This document shows positions 61,620 through 64,000 of a stretch of 64,000 nucleotides of DNA, piece after piece. The DNA is from Heptranchias perlo. Its lineage: Eukaryota. How positions within the stretch are numbered: the stretch's first letter is position 1; each line of letters opens with the position of its first letter. The notes beneath the pieces are model-generated. The model had not been told where the DNA came from, searched no databases, and worked only from the letters and a program-made list of their open reading frames with translations. The stretch is taken from assembly GCF_035084215.1 (NCBI RefSeq), contig NC_090327.1, positions 50,220,001-50,284,000 of the forward strand, given 5' to 3'. The position numbers and the translations under genes were made by a program.

Positions 61620-62050
61620 GGCGTGTAGTTTTCAGTTTTCCTTTTCGCTCCCACGGCAGGTTGTAAGACGCTCCCTGGGGCTGCGCATGGGCAGTGAGTG
61701 ACTCCGGAAGAGATTGGTGTCGGTGAACCTGAGAGTCGTTCCCGGGGAGAGAAGCGGACCGGCGGCGGGTGAGCAGGCGGCGGGGCTCTCGGTTATTGCA
61801 CAGGCCCGGTCCGATTCCCGGTGATGAACCGTTCTCTGAATAAGAAGGCAGGGACTTTAGCCACCGATATTTCGGCCCGGAGGACCTTCCCTGTTGGGGA
61901 TGGCTGGGCTGGGCGGCTGGGCTCGGCTCCAGTCTCTGACCACTTGCTGAAGGCCATTCCGAGCTGCTCTTCTGCTTGGTTTAAACGGTGTGTCTGTCCT
62001 GGGATGGGGATGAAGCGCGCCGGGCGGGGGCGGGGGCGGGGGGTGTAGTA
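61620..62050 (+). promoter_or_regulatory. CpG-island promoter and probable non-coding first exon of the next gene (IMPA1 by synteny; no coding exon seen)
   Basis: NRF1-like TGCGCATGGGCA at 61682, ETS CCGGAAG at 61704, ATTGG at 61713, donor CGG|gtgagc at 61769, GC boxes about 62020-62042. Confidence 0.6.
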
Positions 62051-62244
62051 AAAGAACTTCAGGTCCTTCCAGCCCATTCCTGCCAATCATCCTGATCATT
62101 TTACTTCTGCTCCCTGGAGAGATGAGTGACCTTGGGTTCCTTTAAGAGAAAACTCTGAAATGTTCCTAGACCCTAAAATCAGACGAGCAAGAATAAACTC
62201 GAGATGGCTGCAGCCAGTTGGTAATTTTTTAATCCAAAGAAAGA

Positions 62245-62680
62245 AAGGAATTGCATCTATGTAACGACTTTCACAACCTCAGGATGTCCCGAAAAGTGCT
62301 TTACAGCCAATGAAATACTTTTGTCACTGGTGTAAGGGAGGGAAATGCAGCAGCCAATCTGTGCACAACACGGTCCCACAAACAACAATTGTATAAAAGA
62401 CTAGATAATCTGCTTTTTAGTGATATTGGTTGAAGAATAAATATTAGCCAGGACACTGGGAGAACTGCCCTCTTAGAATAATGCCATGGGATCTACGTCC
62501 ATCAGAAAGGCCAGAGTCTTAGTTTAATATCTCATCCGCAAGACAGCACCTCTGACAGTGCAGTACTCCCTCAATACTGCACTGAAGTAGCAAACTAGAT
62601 TATATGCTCAAGTCTCTGGAGTGGGACTTGAACCCACATCCTTCTGACTCAGAGCACTGAGCCAAGGCTGACACTTAAGT
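62245..62680 (-). mobile_element. Deu-domain SINE copy
   Basis: Reverse complement of 22825-23272. Confidence 0.75.
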
Positions 62681-63049
62681 GGATTACAGTTGGAAATATT
62701 TCCTAACCGTACTTTTTGTGTCCCAACTCTCGGAATGTCATCCCTTCTTCCCTTCTCCACCCCCCCCCCCCCAAATCTGGCCTTCAGTGTTCCCCATTCT
62801 TATTTTGTTTCACCAGCATTTTGCAAATAAAATTGTTAAATGCAAAGAAATGCTAGACAGCATTCTAATTCTCCTGATGCCACTGAATTATTTATTACAG
62901 AAAGATACTTGTTATTTTTTTTTCTGGAGACAAGCCTGTGATCTTTTTTTAGCTAAGTAATTAATTATGATTATTGATGTATCTAGGCATGCAATGTAAA
63001 AATGGCAGATTCATTATTTCCAAAGAAAGAAAAAGTAAATTACCAAAGG

Positions 63050-63332
63050 TACATTTTTAAGGTGAGAGGAGAGAGATACAAAAGGGTCCAGAGGGGCAAT
63101 TTTTTCACTCAAAGGGTGGTGAGTGTCTGGAACGAGCTGCCAGAGGCAGTAGTAGAGGTGGGTACAATTTTGTCTTTTAAAAAGCATTTGGACAGTTACA
63201 TGGGTAAGATGGGTATAGAGGGATATGGGCCAAGTGCAGGCAATTGGGACTAGCTTAGTGGTATAAACTGGGCGACATGGACATGTTGGGCCGAAGGGCC
63301 TGTTTCCATGTTGTAAACTTCTATGATTCTAC
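63050..63332 (+). mobile_element. CR1 3' fragment
   Basis: FKVRGERYK...FFTQRVVSVWNELPE; ttctatgattct tail. Confidence 0.88.
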
Positions 63333-63644
63333 ATTCCTCGACCTTGTACTTAGCAGAAGTGCTTGAAACTTTCAAGTTGCACTTCAGCATGGTTGATGGA
63401 TAACCAGCAGACTAAACTTGTGACATGCTTGAGATACCCCAGTGCAAAGTGTAGTACTGAATTCCCTGCAGGTAGTTTACACAGCTTCTATAGTTAGTTA
63501 GTGCATTTGCAAACTTTGATGCTGCAGATTGTGGAGCTGTTGTATGTATTGTTATCAGTGGAGAGTGAAACCAATAAAATTTGTTTGCACTGCTCCCATG
63601 TCTGTTGACAAGGCAACTCTCGATTACATGCACTCTCAACAGAG

Positions 63645-63815
63645 TGGAAATATATCGCTGTTCCTTCATCGTCACTGGGTCAAAATCCCGGAACTCCCTA
63701 CCTAACAGCACCGTGTGTTCACCACAGAGACTGCATCAAGAAGGCAGCTCACCACCACCTTCCCAAAGGCAATTAGGGATGGGCAATAAATGCTGGCCCA
63801 TGAACGAATAAAATA
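63645..63815 (+). mobile_element. CR1-Zenon-like 3' tail
   Basis: Family tail sequence. Confidence 0.8.
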
Positions 63816-64000
63816 AAAGCTCGGACAAAATAATTGTAGTCAAACTTGCAAATTGTGCATCAATCTTTCAGCTATAGGTATGCATGCCCTTTTTGTACAG
63901 GTAATGCAACCAACATGGACTGTGTCTGCACCATGTCTTTGCAGATGTCACTGTGCACCACGCGTCTGTAAATACTAATGGAATATCCTTTGTGCTGCAC

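Noticed and set aside
61793-62099. Overlapping short ORFs in the CpG island
   Set aside because: Low stop density from high GC content; no recognisable protein family.
63002-63253. ORF starting MADS..., superficially like the IMPA1 N-terminus (MADPW)
   Set aside because: Similarity ends after three residues and the rest is a CR1 ORF2 C-terminal fragment.

Overview
Eukaryotic, repeat-rich DNA. The TE repertoire (CR1, CR1-Zenon-like, L2, Deu-domain SINEs, Penelope remnants) points to a cartilaginous fish, probably a shark. The window holds the vertebrate synteny block CHMP4C (minus strand, 5 coding exons, 224 aa) - ZFAND1 (plus, 8 coding exons, 267 aa) - SLC10A5 (plus, single coding exon, 428 aa), followed by a CpG-island promoter that synteny suggests belongs to IMPA1. 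All exon boundaries were read by hand and are GT-AG and phase-compatible. The CHMP4C and ZFAND1 start codons are only 131 bp apart, head to head. Most notable accessory signals: (1) two families of TSD-flanked, fold-back, Penelope-type mini-elements carrying minimal hammerhead-ribozyme cores with a shared extra A; (2) a young CR1 with an uninterrupted 951-aa ORF2 and a duplicated 3' tail, facing a near-identical inverted copy in ZFAND1 intron 6; (3) a second inverted CR1 pair with a collapsed centre in CHMP4C intron 2. No databases were searched. TE family names come from motif recognition, TE boundaries are approximate, and identities are by-eye estimates.
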